Shown piece by piece: positions 29,550-38,546 of a stretch of DNA of 64,000 nucleotides (positions within the stretch are counted from its first letter, which is position 1; each line of letters starts with the position of its first letter). The notes under the pieces were generated by a model. The model was not told the origin of the DNA. It made no database searches and worked only from the letters and a program-made list of their open reading frames with translations. A program made the translations under genes and the position numbers. This stretch comes from an uncultured Fidelibacterota bacterium (GTDB lineage Bacteria; Fidelibacterota; Marinisomatia; Marinisomatales; Marinisomataceae): contig CABZHT010000002.1 in NCBI GenBank assembly GCA_902525615.1, positions 10,519-74,518 on the forward strand, in the 5' to 3' direction.

Positions 29550-29660
29550 ATGAGCAACTTTTGGCATGATCTATTATTTCCATTATACTTTTTTGTAGTA
29601 TTTATAGCTGCACATATTGCTCTCTATATTATGATCTTCAAGGGAGATAAATCAAAGTGA
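29550..29660 (+). CDS. Putative 36-aa single-TM small protein
   Basis: MSNFWHDLLFPLYFFVVFIAAHIALYIMIFKGDKSK; AAGGA RBS; GTGA overlap with the next gene; not in ORF track. Confidence 0.6.
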   Translation: MSNFWHDLLFPLYFFVVFIAAHIALYIMIFKGDKSK

Positions 29661-29884
29661 ACAAAAAACAAAAAATTGCAAAGCGCAAACAGAAGAAAAG
29701 ACGTTTAAAGTTAAAAGCAAAAAGAGCTGAGCTACTTAAAAATAAAAAAGTTGTAGAAACAAAGCCTAAAAAAGCAGCACCAAAAAAGAAAGCTGCACCT
29801 AAAAAAGCAGCACCAAAAAAGAAAGCTGCACCTAAAAAAGCAGCACCAAAGAAAAAAGCTACAACAAAGAAAGATAAAGAATAA
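29657..29884 (+). CDS. Histone H1-like Lys/Ala/Pro-rich basic protein
   Basis: KKAAPK repeats, extremely basic, GGGAG RBS upstream of GTG. Confidence 0.75.
   Translation: MNKKQKIAKRKQKKRRLKLKAKRAELLKNKKVVETKPKKAAPKKKAAPKKAAPKKKAAPKKAAPKKKATTKKDKE
29765..29860. repeat. 33-bp tandem repeat x~3 (PKKAAPKKKAA)
   Basis: CCTAAAAAAGCAGCACCAAAAAAGAAAGCTGCA: two exact copies plus a third near-exact copy. Confidence 0.9.
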
Positions 29885-29898
29885 GAAGTTATTTCTGG

Positions 29899-31002
29899 AT
29901 GTTTCAATCAAATTCTACTTTTGGAATTTATAGTAAATCACTTTCAGTATTATTCCGTCATAAAAAATATTTATTCTTTTTCTTATTCCTTATTCTTTAT
30001 CCAGTATTACTTATCATTAATAGAATTTTTTTATTCTTAGATTACATTTTAGTCCCAGAATTTGAAAAAGCTAAAGTTAAAGAACCTGTATTTATTATGG
30101 GGGTAAACAGGAGCGGTACAACATTTTTTCATAAGCTTCTAGCAAGTTCAAATCAGTTTTCAACTTCTAAAACCTGGGACTTAATAATTCCATCTTTATC
30201 CTTAAGAAAATTTCTCTCAATTCTATCATATGCTTTAACATATTTTAAAATTGATCAAATTGAGAAAAAAAATAAAGGTCATCAGGTCAAGCTTGATAAT
30301 ATTGAAGAAGATGAGATGCTTCTTTTTATTCATAAGCTAGATTCATTATGGTTGTCCAATCATTTTATTCCATGGTTAAAATTTGATTCAAAAACAAAAG
30401 ATTTTATGAAGTATGTTTATAGAGATAACTCTAAAAATGAAGATAGAAATATCAGATCCATGTTATTTTGTAAAGATTTTTTCCAAAGACAGGCATTTTT
30501 AAATAAAAATAGACCACACTTATCAAAATCTAATCCTTTTATATTTAAAATTGATTCAATTTTAAGAGTCTTTCCGGATGCAAAATTTGTTTTTTTAGTT
30601 AGAGATCCATTAGAAACTTTACCTTCCTATTTTTCGCTTCAAGAAAATGTAAAATTTGGAAATCTTCTTTCAGATAAAGAAATAAAGCTATTAAGGAAAG
30701 AAACTTATGCTGAAGTAATTGAATGGTATAAAGAGACTGAAAAAGTAAAGTCAAAACTTTATAAAAAACAATTTATTACATTAACTTACCCTCAAATTAC
30801 AAATGATCTAGAAAACAGTATTAAGTCATTTTATAAATTTACTGGTAAAAAAATGACTCAAAAATTCCAAAAACAAGTTTCCGATTATGCATCAAAAAAA
30901 TATATCAAAAAACACCAAAATAAGACTATTGAAGATTATGGTTTTACCAAAAAACAAATTTTAAAAGATTTTGATTTTGTATATCAAGAATACTTTGCAT
31001 AA
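29899..31002 (+). CDS. Sulfotransferase (membrane-anchored, Sulfotransfer_3-like)
   Basis: PVFIMGVNRSGTT (5'-PAPS), EEDE, FPDAKFVFLVRDP (3'-PB). Confidence 0.88.
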   Translation: MFQSNSTFGIYSKSLSVLFRHKKYLFFFLFLILYPVLLIINRIFLFLDYILVPEFEKAKVKEPVFIMGVNRSGTTFFHKLLASSNQFSTSKTWDLIIPSLSLRKFLSILSYALTYFKIDQIEKKNKGHQVKLDNIEEDEMLLFIHKLDSLWLSNHFIPWLKFDSKTKDFMKYVYRDNSKNEDRNIRSMLFCKDFFQRQAFLNKNRPHLSKSNPFIFKIDSILRVFPDAKFVFLVRDPLETLPSYFSLQENVKFGNLLSDKEIKLLRKETYAEVIEWYKETEKVKSKLYKKQFITLTYPQITNDLENSIKSFYKFTGKKMTQKFQKQVSDYASKKYIKKHQNKTIEDYGFTKKQILKDFDFVYQEYFA

Positions 31003-31011
31003 TTTTCTTTA

Positions 31012-31488
31012 ATGAAATTCTTAAGTTTTATTTTCTCAGTTTTACTATTGTTTGCTACACAGCTTCATGCTCATTGTCAAATTCCTTGCGGAGTTTACGA
31101 TGATACAATGAGAGTGAAGATGATTGAAGAGCATACCTTAACAATCTTAAAATCAATGAATTATATAGCGTCGAATCAAAATAATCTTAAACAGCAAAAT
31201 CAAGTTACAAGATGGATCATCAATAAAGAAGAACACGCACAAGAAATTCAAAATATAGTTAGTGAATATTTTTTAACTCAAAGAATAAAGCTGAAAGACG
31301 ATTCAAAGGAAAGCAAAGACTTGTATCATGCGCAATTAACTGCTTTGCACAATATTTTATTAGATGCAATGAAATGCAAACAAACTATAAATACAAATAG
31401 TACCACATCACTATTAGACAATTTGAATAATTTCGTTAACTTATATTTTGATGATCATGGTAAAAAACATTTAAGAGAACTCAATTGA
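31012..31488 (+). CDS. sodN: Nickel superoxide dismutase
   Basis: Ni-hook HCQIPCGVYD after a leader; RWIINKEEHA and KCKQ. Confidence 0.93.
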   Translation: MKFLSFIFSVLLLFATQLHAHCQIPCGVYDDTMRVKMIEEHTLTILKSMNYIASNQNNLKQQNQVTRWIINKEEHAQEIQNIVSEYFLTQRIKLKDDSKESKDLYHAQLTALHNILLDAMKCKQTINTNSTTSLLDNLNNFVNLYFDDHGKKHLRELN

Positions 31489-32045
31489 AAAAAAATTTAT
31501 TACTAATAGTTTTATTTATAGCAATAATATTTTTTGGTAGAATTTTACCTCATCCTTATAATTTTACTCCATTAATTGCAGTAACATTACTATCCAGCTA
31601 TTCTTTATCAAATAAGTTTCTAGCCATTTTATTACCTCTTTTTGGGTTTTGGCTAAGTGATTTATTTATGAATAACTATATATATGCTGGATACTTTACA
31701 TATTTTACAGTGTTTAATTCTGGAATGATCTGGACATACGGTGCAATTGTATTGGTTGCACTCATGGGTAGTTCATTTTTAAATAAAATCTCAGCAGAAA
31801 AAGTTGTTCTTGCAAGCCTGTCTGGATCTACAATTTTTTATATTATTTCAAATTTTGGAGTATGGGCATTTAGTCCAATGTATGCAAAGACTTTGATAGG
31901 ATTAGCTCAATGTTATTCATTAGCGTTACCTTTTTACGGCACTTCATTAATGGGTGACTTAGTTTATTCTGCAATAATATTTGGCGCTTATCAGTTAGTG
32001 TTTTCTAAAAATCCAAATTTTTTAACATCACAAAGCAAAACTTAA
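31485..32045 (+). CDS. DUF6580/BtuM-like solitary S-component transporter
   Basis: RILPHPYNFTP, SDLF, FYIISNFGVW, CYSLALPF and GDL. Confidence 0.8.
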   Translation: MKKNLLLIVLFIAIIFFGRILPHPYNFTPLIAVTLLSSYSLSNKFLAILLPLFGFWLSDLFMNNYIYAGYFTYFTVFNSGMIWTYGAIVLVALMGSSFLNKISAEKVVLASLSGSTIFYIISNFGVWAFSPMYAKTLIGLAQCYSLALPFYGTSLMGDLVYSAIIFGAYQLVFSKNPNFLTSQSKT

Positions 32046-32125
32046 AAGATTTTATTTCATTGGTATTACTTAAATAACTAATTATATTTCTCCATAAATT
32101 TTTATTAACTAACAAAGAGAAAAAA

Positions 32126-32338
32126 ATGAGTGACAAAGAAAAAGGTACTGTAAAGTTCTTTAATGACAAAAAAGGTTACGGATTCATCACTAAAGAAGAT
32201 GGAACGGATGTTTTTGTACATTTCTCTAGCATCGTGTCTGAAAATGACTTCAAAACTCTTAAACAAGACCAAGCGGTTGAGTTTGAGGTTGAATCTGATG
32301 ATAGAGGGGACAAAGCAGTCAATGTATCAGCAGCATAG
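32126..32338 (+). CDS. Cold-shock protein
   Basis: GTVKFFN, KGYGFI and DVFVHFS. Confidence 0.95.
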   Translation: MSDKEKGTVKFFNDKKGYGFITKEDGTDVFVHFSSIVSENDFKTLKQDQAVEFEVESDDRGDKAVNVSAA

Positions 32339-32386
32339 TTAGTTAGTAATTTCATATCATATTTATTATTTTAGCTTTAGAGAAAA

Positions 32387-32458
32387 GCCTCAGTAGCTCA
32401 ATGGTAGAGCAGTGGCCTCTTAAGCCATTGGTTGTAGGTTCGAGTCCTTCCTGGGGTA
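32387..32458 (+). tRNA. tRNA-Lys (CTT)
   Basis: Cloverleaf: acceptor GCCTCAG/CTGGGGT, D arm GCTC/GAGC, anticodon stem GTGGC/GCCAT with loop CTCTTAA, T loop TTCGAGT; CCA not encoded. Confidence 0.9.
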
Positions 32459-32468
32459 CAAAAATCAT

Positions 32469-33230
32469 ATGAACATTCATAATAAAAATATCGTTATTAC
32501 TGGCGCTGCAAATGGTATCGGTTATGCGCTTGCTAAGCGAATAATTAATGAATCTCCAAAATCAATTTCATTGATTGATATTAGTAGTTCAGTAAATGAA
32601 TTTGCCAAATCCATTGACGCAGACAGTTACGTAGTTGATGTTTCAAACGAAAATGATTTTCAATCTGCCTTAAATAGTATCATTGATAAAAATAATTCGA
32701 TTGATTTATTCTGCTCAAATGCTGGCATACAGCAATTTGGAACACTAGAAACTTCAGCAAGTGATTGGCAAAAAAATTGGGATGTTAATGTTATGTCCCA
32801 CATTCATGCAGCTAAGGTACTGATTCCTCATATGCAAAAACAAGGTTCAGGATACATTATGTTAACTGTATCTGCTGCTGGTTTATTAAATATGCCTGGA
32901 GCTATAGCTTATGCAACTACAAAGCATGCTGCAATGGGTCTTGCTGAAAATCTTTCAATTATGTATGGAAATGATGGTATTAAAGTTTCTGCTTTATGTC
33001 CTCAATTAGTTGACACTGAAATGGTCAGATCATTTGGAAAACTACCTGAAAGTCATCCATTATTAAAAGATGGGTTATTATCAGCTGATGCTGTCGCTGA
33101 AGAAGCTATTATAGGCATTAACAAAGAAAAGTTCTTAATCTTGCCCCATAAAGAAGTGGCAAAATACATTCAGGATAAAGCATTCGATTACGATGCTTGG
33201 ATTAAAGCAGTGAGAAAGTTGGTTGCATGA
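32469..33230 (+). CDS. SDR oxidoreductase
   Basis: TGAANGIG, CSNAG, YATTKHA and LCPQ. Confidence 0.9.
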   Translation: MNIHNKNIVITGAANGIGYALAKRIINESPKSISLIDISSSVNEFAKSIDADSYVVDVSNENDFQSALNSIIDKNNSIDLFCSNAGIQQFGTLETSASDWQKNWDVNVMSHIHAAKVLIPHMQKQGSGYIMLTVSAAGLLNMPGAIAYATTKHAAMGLAENLSIMYGNDGIKVSALCPQLVDTEMVRSFGKLPESHPLLKDGLLSADAVAEEAIIGINKEKFLILPHKEVAKYIQDKAFDYDAWIKAVRKLVA

Positions 33231-33463
33231 AATTTTTAAAGAATAAATTTGTGAAGTGGTTAATTTTTTTAAGATTTTTCTTCCCAGAGTTATCGAGAAA
33301 AAATCAAATACTCTTCTGTCTGCAATTCATTTTTTTTGTTGCTAGCATCACATTATTTTTTCTACATATTGATAAAATGAATATTGCGATTTATCATTTC
33401 ATCGCTATGTTTGTGTTTGCTTTGAGTATGGGGAATATGATATCAAATAGTTTTAAGGTTTAA
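33227..33463 (+). CDS. Small hypothetical membrane protein
   Basis: 78 aa, 2 TM segments, ATGA overlap. Confidence 0.55.
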   Translation: MKFLKNKFVKWLIFLRFFFPELSRKNQILFCLQFIFFVASITLFFLHIDKMNIAIYHFIAMFVFALSMGNMISNSFKV

Positions 33464-33484
33464 TTAAATTATCCCAAAAACCAA

Positions 33485-34228
33485 ATGAAAAAAACTTATA
33501 AAATATCTGGAATGACATGTAATAGTTGTAAATCAACTATTCATCAAAATTTAAATGAAATACCAGAAATTGAATCTGTTGATGTTAATATCGAAAAAGC
33601 TGAAGCAATTATTTTTATGAAAAGCAATTTAGAAATATCAAAACTTCGAAATGCTTTACCATCAAAGTTTCATATAGAAGAAAAGGTTGTTGATGATTCT
33701 GATGCACTCATAAATGAACCAAACATCAAAAGTAATCAAGAAAAATCTAAGTTACAGCAACTCAAACCTTTGTTAATAATACTTATTTATATATCTATTG
33801 CAAGCGTATTAATGAATTTTAAAAATTGGAATTCTTCTGAAGTCATGTTGGATTTCATGGGATTGTTTTACATAGTTTTTAGTTTTTTTAAAATGTTAGA
33901 TTTTAAAGGCTTTCCAGAATCTTTCAGAATGTACGATCCATTAGCAAAAAGATTGCCAATTTATGGATGGATTTATCCATTTATTGAGACAGGATTGGGG
34001 TTAATGTTGTTGATGCGATTCGAGATTAAAATTGCTTTAATTATTACACTGATTATTCTAGGAATCACAACTATTGGGGTAACAAAAACATTATTAGATA
34101 AGAAATCAATAAGGTGTGCGTGTTTAGGTACAGCTTTAAAACTTCCTATGACTGAAGCCACATTTATTGAGAATATTATTATGATCGCAATGGCTATATC
34201 AATGTTAACTAACTATACTGTTGTTTAG
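33485..34228 (+). CDS. Heavy-metal-associated domain plus MauE/DoxX-like membrane protein
   Basis: GMTCNSC HMA motif; SFFKMLD, MYDPLA and CACLG. Confidence 0.88.
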   Translation: MKKTYKISGMTCNSCKSTIHQNLNEIPEIESVDVNIEKAEAIIFMKSNLEISKLRNALPSKFHIEEKVVDDSDALINEPNIKSNQEKSKLQQLKPLLIILIYISIASVLMNFKNWNSSEVMLDFMGLFYIVFSFFKMLDFKGFPESFRMYDPLAKRLPIYGWIYPFIETGLGLMLLMRFEIKIALIITLIILGITTIGVTKTLLDKKSIRCACLGTALKLPMTEATFIENIIMIAMAISMLTNYTVV

Positions 34229-34669
34229 ATGTCATTTATTTTTCTATTTAATCTTGTGTTATCATTTGTTGCTGTAGGTTTAATTTGGACTATTCAGTTG
34301 GTGCACTATCCATCAATGAGGTACATTTCTAAAGATAAGTTTCCAGCATATCATAATTTTCATTCTATCAGAATTTCTATTTTGGCAATGCCATTAATGC
34401 TTGGTGAGCTTGTTACTTCGATAATGCTTTGGTACCAAAATTTCAACAATGCTATTCAAAATGTATTTCTTATAAACTTAATCATAGTTGTATTGATTTG
34501 GTTTTCTACATTTTTAATTCAAGTGCCTTTACATAATGCATTATCTAAAGAAAAAAACACAGAAAAATTAACTAAGTTAATCTTTACAAACTGGATTAGA
34601 ACCATATTATGGACATTAAGATCAATTTTGATGATTTTGTTTCTAGCATTTGCAATGGACTTGATTTAA
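34229..34669 (+). CDS. Conserved hypothetical membrane protein
   Basis: WTIQLVHYP, QVPLH and NWIRTILW; 4 TM segments. Confidence 0.75.
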   Translation: MSFIFLFNLVLSFVAVGLIWTIQLVHYPSMRYISKDKFPAYHNFHSIRISILAMPLMLGELVTSIMLWYQNFNNAIQNVFLINLIIVVLIWFSTFLIQVPLHNALSKEKNTEKLTKLIFTNWIRTILWTLRSILMILFLAFAMDLI

Positions 34670-34707
34670 TTGCATGAAAATTTAATTATTTTATTTAGAT
34701 TCACTTC

Positions 34708-35427
34708 ATGACATCAAACGAATTTATATTATTTGGTTCAACTCATTTACTAACTCTATTTATAATCTTTGGAGTTTCATTTGCTTTCTCTTTTTATGTT
34801 AAAAATGATTACGATGAAATTAGATATGCTATGTTTGAAAAGATTTTGGCTTACCTTTTAATTTTTAATGAATTGTTAAAACCATTTTATTTGAATTATT
34901 TTGGTCCAGAAGATTATAATTGGACGAACACTATTCCTTTACATGCATGCCATTTTTCATCTTATGCTACAGGGCTCTTTTTATTAACACGAAATCAGAA
35001 GTTTTTCGATTTTGCATATTTCTGGGGTCTTGGAGGAGGAACAATGGCTCTTTTCACTCCAGATATTGAGTTCACTTTTCCTGACTTAGATTTTATTACA
35101 TTATTTTCTGGACATGGTCTATTATTTTTTGCACTATTATACATTGCAATTGGAATGAAGCAGAATATCACATTTGAATCTTATAAAAATGCTATAAAAT
35201 TTTCTCTTTATATACTTCCAGTAGTATACGTAATAAATGTATTGGTTGGAGGCGAACCTGGCTTTGAAGCTAATTTATGGTATTTGATGAAAGCGCCTAC
35301 CGGAGAATCTTTAATGAGCTTTTTTCCAAGCCCACCTTTACATGTTATACCACTTTTTCCAATCGTTATGTTTGTTTTCTACCTTTTGTATTTACCATAT
35401 AAATTTAAGGAGAAGAATAATGATTAA
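34708..35427 (+). CDS. TMEM164/YwaF (TIGR02206) family membrane protein
   Basis: FGSTHL, IPLHAC, YFWGLGG, FTPD, GH and ANLWYL. Confidence 0.82.
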   Translation: MTSNEFILFGSTHLLTLFIIFGVSFAFSFYVKNDYDEIRYAMFEKILAYLLIFNELLKPFYLNYFGPEDYNWTNTIPLHACHFSSYATGLFLLTRNQKFFDFAYFWGLGGGTMALFTPDIEFTFPDLDFITLFSGHGLLFFALLYIAIGMKQNITFESYKNAIKFSLYILPVVYVINVLVGGEPGFEANLWYLMKAPTGESLMSFFPSPPLHVIPLFPIVMFVFYLLYLPYKFKEKNND

Positions 35428-35944
35428 AGTAATATTAGTTTTTTCAATATTTTTCAATGTTGTGAATGCGAGCGATAATTTTTTAGACAAAAAATTTCCA
35501 AGTATAGAGGGAATATCTCTTTCAGGTAATGATGTTAAGTTTCCAGATGTTTTAATTGGAAAACCATCTGTTTTGGCAGTTGCATTTAAACAAAAAGCTC
35601 AATTATGTATTAACTCTTGGGCAGATGTATTTTTCCCTAAATATGGTATTAATAAGGATGTGCATTATTACGAAATTCCAATGTTAGGAGGCCAGTGGAC
35701 TATGGCAAGAAATTGGATTGATGGTGGAATGCGTGGCGGAGTTCCCAAACCTTTGCACGATTATACTGCAACGTACTATGGTCCTTTACGATCTTACTAT
35801 AAATCATTGGGAATATCATCAAAAGGGGATTGTTACATGTATGTTCTTGATAAAGATGGAATGATAAAAAATCGTTTTAATGGCTTTGCCACTAAAGAGA
35901 GTTTAGAAGAAATGTTTAATCTAATCGATTCATTAAATGAGTAA
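35420..35944 (+). CDS. Secreted thioredoxin-fold protein, ATP10-like
   Basis: Signal peptide, YEIPML, WIDGGMRGGVP and YVLDKDG. Confidence 0.6.
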   Translation: MIKVILVFSIFFNVVNASDNFLDKKFPSIEGISLSGNDVKFPDVLIGKPSVLAVAFKQKAQLCINSWADVFFPKYGINKDVHYYEIPMLGGQWTMARNWIDGGMRGGVPKPLHDYTATYYGPLRSYYKSLGISSKGDCYMYVLDKDGMIKNRFNGFATKESLEEMFNLIDSLNE

Positions 35945-36881
35945 GGTAACTGAAAATTTCGAGCTTTACTTAAAGGCAACAGAATCTGCTGCCATAGCTG
36001 CTGCAAAACTCAGGGGAAATGGTGATGGAAAAGCTGCAGATAAGGTTGCAACTGAAGCTATGAGAAAAGTTCTTCAAGATTCAGAAGTACACACAAGAGT
36101 AGTGATTGGTGAAGGAGAAAGAGATGATGCACCAATGCTTTATATAGGCGAAGAGATGGGTAATCCTGAAAGTGATCTAAAAATTGATATTGCAGTTGAT
36201 CCTTTAGAATGTACCAATCATTGTGCTAAAGATTTACCTGATGCATTATCTGTCTTAGCTGCTGCACCAAGAGGAGCTTTATTGAATGCTCCTGATACAT
36301 ATATGAACAAGTTGTGTGGCTCATCAAAATTAATAGGTCACATTGCTCTTGATAATTCAGTTGAAGACAATGTATCTTTAACAGCAAAAGCATTACAAAA
36401 AAATATTTCTGAATTAAAAATTATAGTAATGGATAGAAATAGACACATTAATTTAATATCTACCTTAAAAGATTTAGGTATTCAACCAATCCTGATTGGA
36501 GATGGTGATGTTTCAGGGGGGTTAAAAGCAGCTGAAGGGTCGGTTGATTTGTTGTATGGAATAGGCGCAGCTCCAGAGGGAGTTATTACAGCTACTGCTG
36601 TAAAAGCTATGGGTGGTTTTTTTGAAGGAAGACTTCATTTTATAGATGACTCATTTAAGAAAAGGGCCTTGGAAATGTTAGGTAGTGATATAAATAATTT
36701 ATGGTCAGCTGATGATCTTTGTAGATCCAGTGATTCTTTTTTTATTGCAAGTGGAGTTTGCTCAGGATGGATCCCTGGTGTTAAATTTGATGGCAATAAG
36801 GCTGAAGTAACCTCAAAAATTATTTTTGGCGATTCAAGTAAAACACAAATAATAACAAACGAATATATTTTAGGAGAATAA
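35937..36881 (+). CDS. glpX: Class II fructose-1,6-bisphosphatase
   Basis: VIGEGERDDAPMLYIGE, DIAVDPLE, DRNRH, GDGDV and APEG. Confidence 0.94.
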   Translation: MSKVTENFELYLKATESAAIAAAKLRGNGDGKAADKVATEAMRKVLQDSEVHTRVVIGEGERDDAPMLYIGEEMGNPESDLKIDIAVDPLECTNHCAKDLPDALSVLAAAPRGALLNAPDTYMNKLCGSSKLIGHIALDNSVEDNVSLTAKALQKNISELKIIVMDRNRHINLISTLKDLGIQPILIGDGDVSGGLKAAEGSVDLLYGIGAAPEGVITATAVKAMGGFFEGRLHFIDDSFKKRALEMLGSDINNLWSADDLCRSSDSFFIASGVCSGWIPGVKFDGNKAEVTSKIIFGDSSKTQIITNEYILGE

Positions 36882-36882
36882 A

Positions 36883-37866
36883 ATGTCAGAATTGCACGCA
36901 GTTGCAAATAAAATGATTGAAAAAGGTAAAGGAATTTTAGCTGCTGATGAAAGCACGCCAACTTGCACTAAACGTTTTGAAAGTATTAATACAGATTCAA
37001 CCGCAGAAAGCAGAAATTTTTACAGAAATATGCTTTTTACAACTGAAGATATTGAAAAATACATAAGCGGTGTCATTTTATTTGACGAGACTTTTCATCA
37101 ATCAGAGCTATCTTCAGGATTAAAATTTCCAGAATATTTGACATCTAAAAATATATTACCTGGTATTAAAGTAGATCAGGGCTTGGAAGATTTTAGTCCT
37201 TATGAGAAACTAACTAAAGGCTTAGATGGTTTGTCAGAAAGGCTTGTGAAATACTATGCGCTAGGAGCACGATTTGCAAAATGGCGAGCTGTAATCACAC
37301 CTGGAGATAGTTTACCAACAGATGATTGTATACTAGCAAATGCAAAAAATCTTGCTAAGTATGCACAGGAATGTCATCAAGCGAATATCGTACCAATTGT
37401 TGAACCAGAAGTATTAATGGACGGAGGTCACACCATTGATGATTCTTTTAATATTACTTCAAGAACACTAAATATGGTTTTTGATCAGCTTGATAAGCAT
37501 AATGTAAGCTTGCAAGGCATTGTACTTAAACCAAATATGATTCTTTCTGGTTATGCATGTTCTTATCAGGCTAGTATTGAAGAAGTTGCTGAAAAAACAG
37601 TTGATTGCTTGTCAGCACATGTACCATCAGAGGTCCCTGGAATAGCTTTTTTATCAGGGGGTCAATCTGATGAAGATGCTACATTGCATCTAAATGAAAT
37701 GAACAAATATGAAACAGATTGGAATTTAACCTTTTCATATGGCAGAGCTCTTCAACAGCCAGCATTAAACGCTTGGTCCGGCAAAATAGAAAAGGTTGCT
37801 ATTGCACAAGAGATATTTATTGAAAGAGCTAAAGCTAATAGCCTAGCTACAGTTGCAGGATTATAA
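36883..37866 (+). CDS. fba: Class I fructose-bisphosphate aldolase
   Basis: GILAADES, GIKVD, FAKWR, PIVEPEV, LKPNM, FLSGGQ and SYGRALQ. Confidence 0.95.
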   Translation: MSELHAVANKMIEKGKGILAADESTPTCTKRFESINTDSTAESRNFYRNMLFTTEDIEKYISGVILFDETFHQSELSSGLKFPEYLTSKNILPGIKVDQGLEDFSPYEKLTKGLDGLSERLVKYYALGARFAKWRAVITPGDSLPTDDCILANAKNLAKYAQECHQANIVPIVEPEVLMDGGHTIDDSFNITSRTLNMVFDQLDKHNVSLQGIVLKPNMILSGYACSYQASIEEVAEKTVDCLSAHVPSEVPGIAFLSGGQSDEDATLHLNEMNKYETDWNLTFSYGRALQQPALNAWSGKIEKVAIAQEIFIERAKANSLATVAGL

Positions 37867-37867
37867 T

Positions 37868-38485
37868 TTAGATTCTACTTTGAAAAACAAGAATAGTATT
37901 TGTTGAATCAATTATAAAATTATCTTCAAGTGATAAATTTCTAACTGCATCATCTGAAGGTTTTAAATGATAAGACAGTAAAGGATATTCCAAATTTTCT
38001 GAATTTACAATTGAGCTCCCTTTCATACAGAAAAGACTCACTTTTTGACCAGTAAATGATTCAAAATTTTTTTTATCTATGCAAGGGCTAATTACTGAAA
38101 AATCTGTAAAAGCTTTCCAAGAAATTTTCTCACCAAAATCACTTAATGTATAATAGTTTCCAAGAAAATGATCTTCACTCTCACCAGATATTCCAAAAAT
38201 AGAAATATTTAAAATATTTTTTTCAATACACCATTCCAAGGTTTTGCGAAAGTCAGTTTTGTTTTGATCTGGGGTTTCAACTAACTCTATATTTTTATTG
38301 TTAATATTTTCAAATGAATCCAGGTCTCCTACAATTACATCTGGGATAATTTCTAAATCAAAAAGTTTATTTGCTGATCCATCTACAGCGATAATATAAT
38401 CGGAATTAGTTATTTGATTAATTATAGCGTCATCAGTGGGCATTTGACCATTCAAAATCACTGACACATTTTTTTTCTCATTCAT
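37868..38485 (-). CDS. thiN: Thiamine pyrophosphokinase
   Basis: IAVDGSA, VGDLDS, DQNKTD and DHFLGN. Confidence 0.9.
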   Translation of the reverse strand: MNEKKNVSVILNGQMPTDDAIINQITNSDYIIAVDGSANKLFDLEIIPDVIVGDLDSFENINNKNIELVETPDQNKTDFRKTLEWCIEKNILNISIFGISGESEDHFLGNYYTLSDFGEKISWKAFTDFSVISPCIDKKNFESFTGQKVSLFCMKGSSIVNSENLEYPLLSYHLKPSDDAVRNLSLEDNFIIDSTNTILVFQSRI

Positions 38486-38546
38486 ATTAAAGTTTACGAA
38501 AAGAATTGTAAATATTGTCCTTGATTAATATTATTGACAACTAAAA

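Noticed and set aside
29765-29860. CRISPR-like 33-bp repeats
   Set aside because: Head-to-tail with no spacers, in-frame coding, and no cas genes.
29638-29907. Minus-strand 89-aa FFGAAFLGAA ORF
   Set aside because: Antisense shadow of the KKAAPK repeat gene, which has an RBS and operon context.
32387-35944. Genomic island integrated at tRNA-Lys
   Set aside because: No integrase, no repeated tRNA 3' end and no obvious compositional shift seen.
38486-38546. TPP or cobalamin riboswitch between thiN and the TonB receptor
   Set aside because: Only 61 bp, AT-rich, with no consensus elements.
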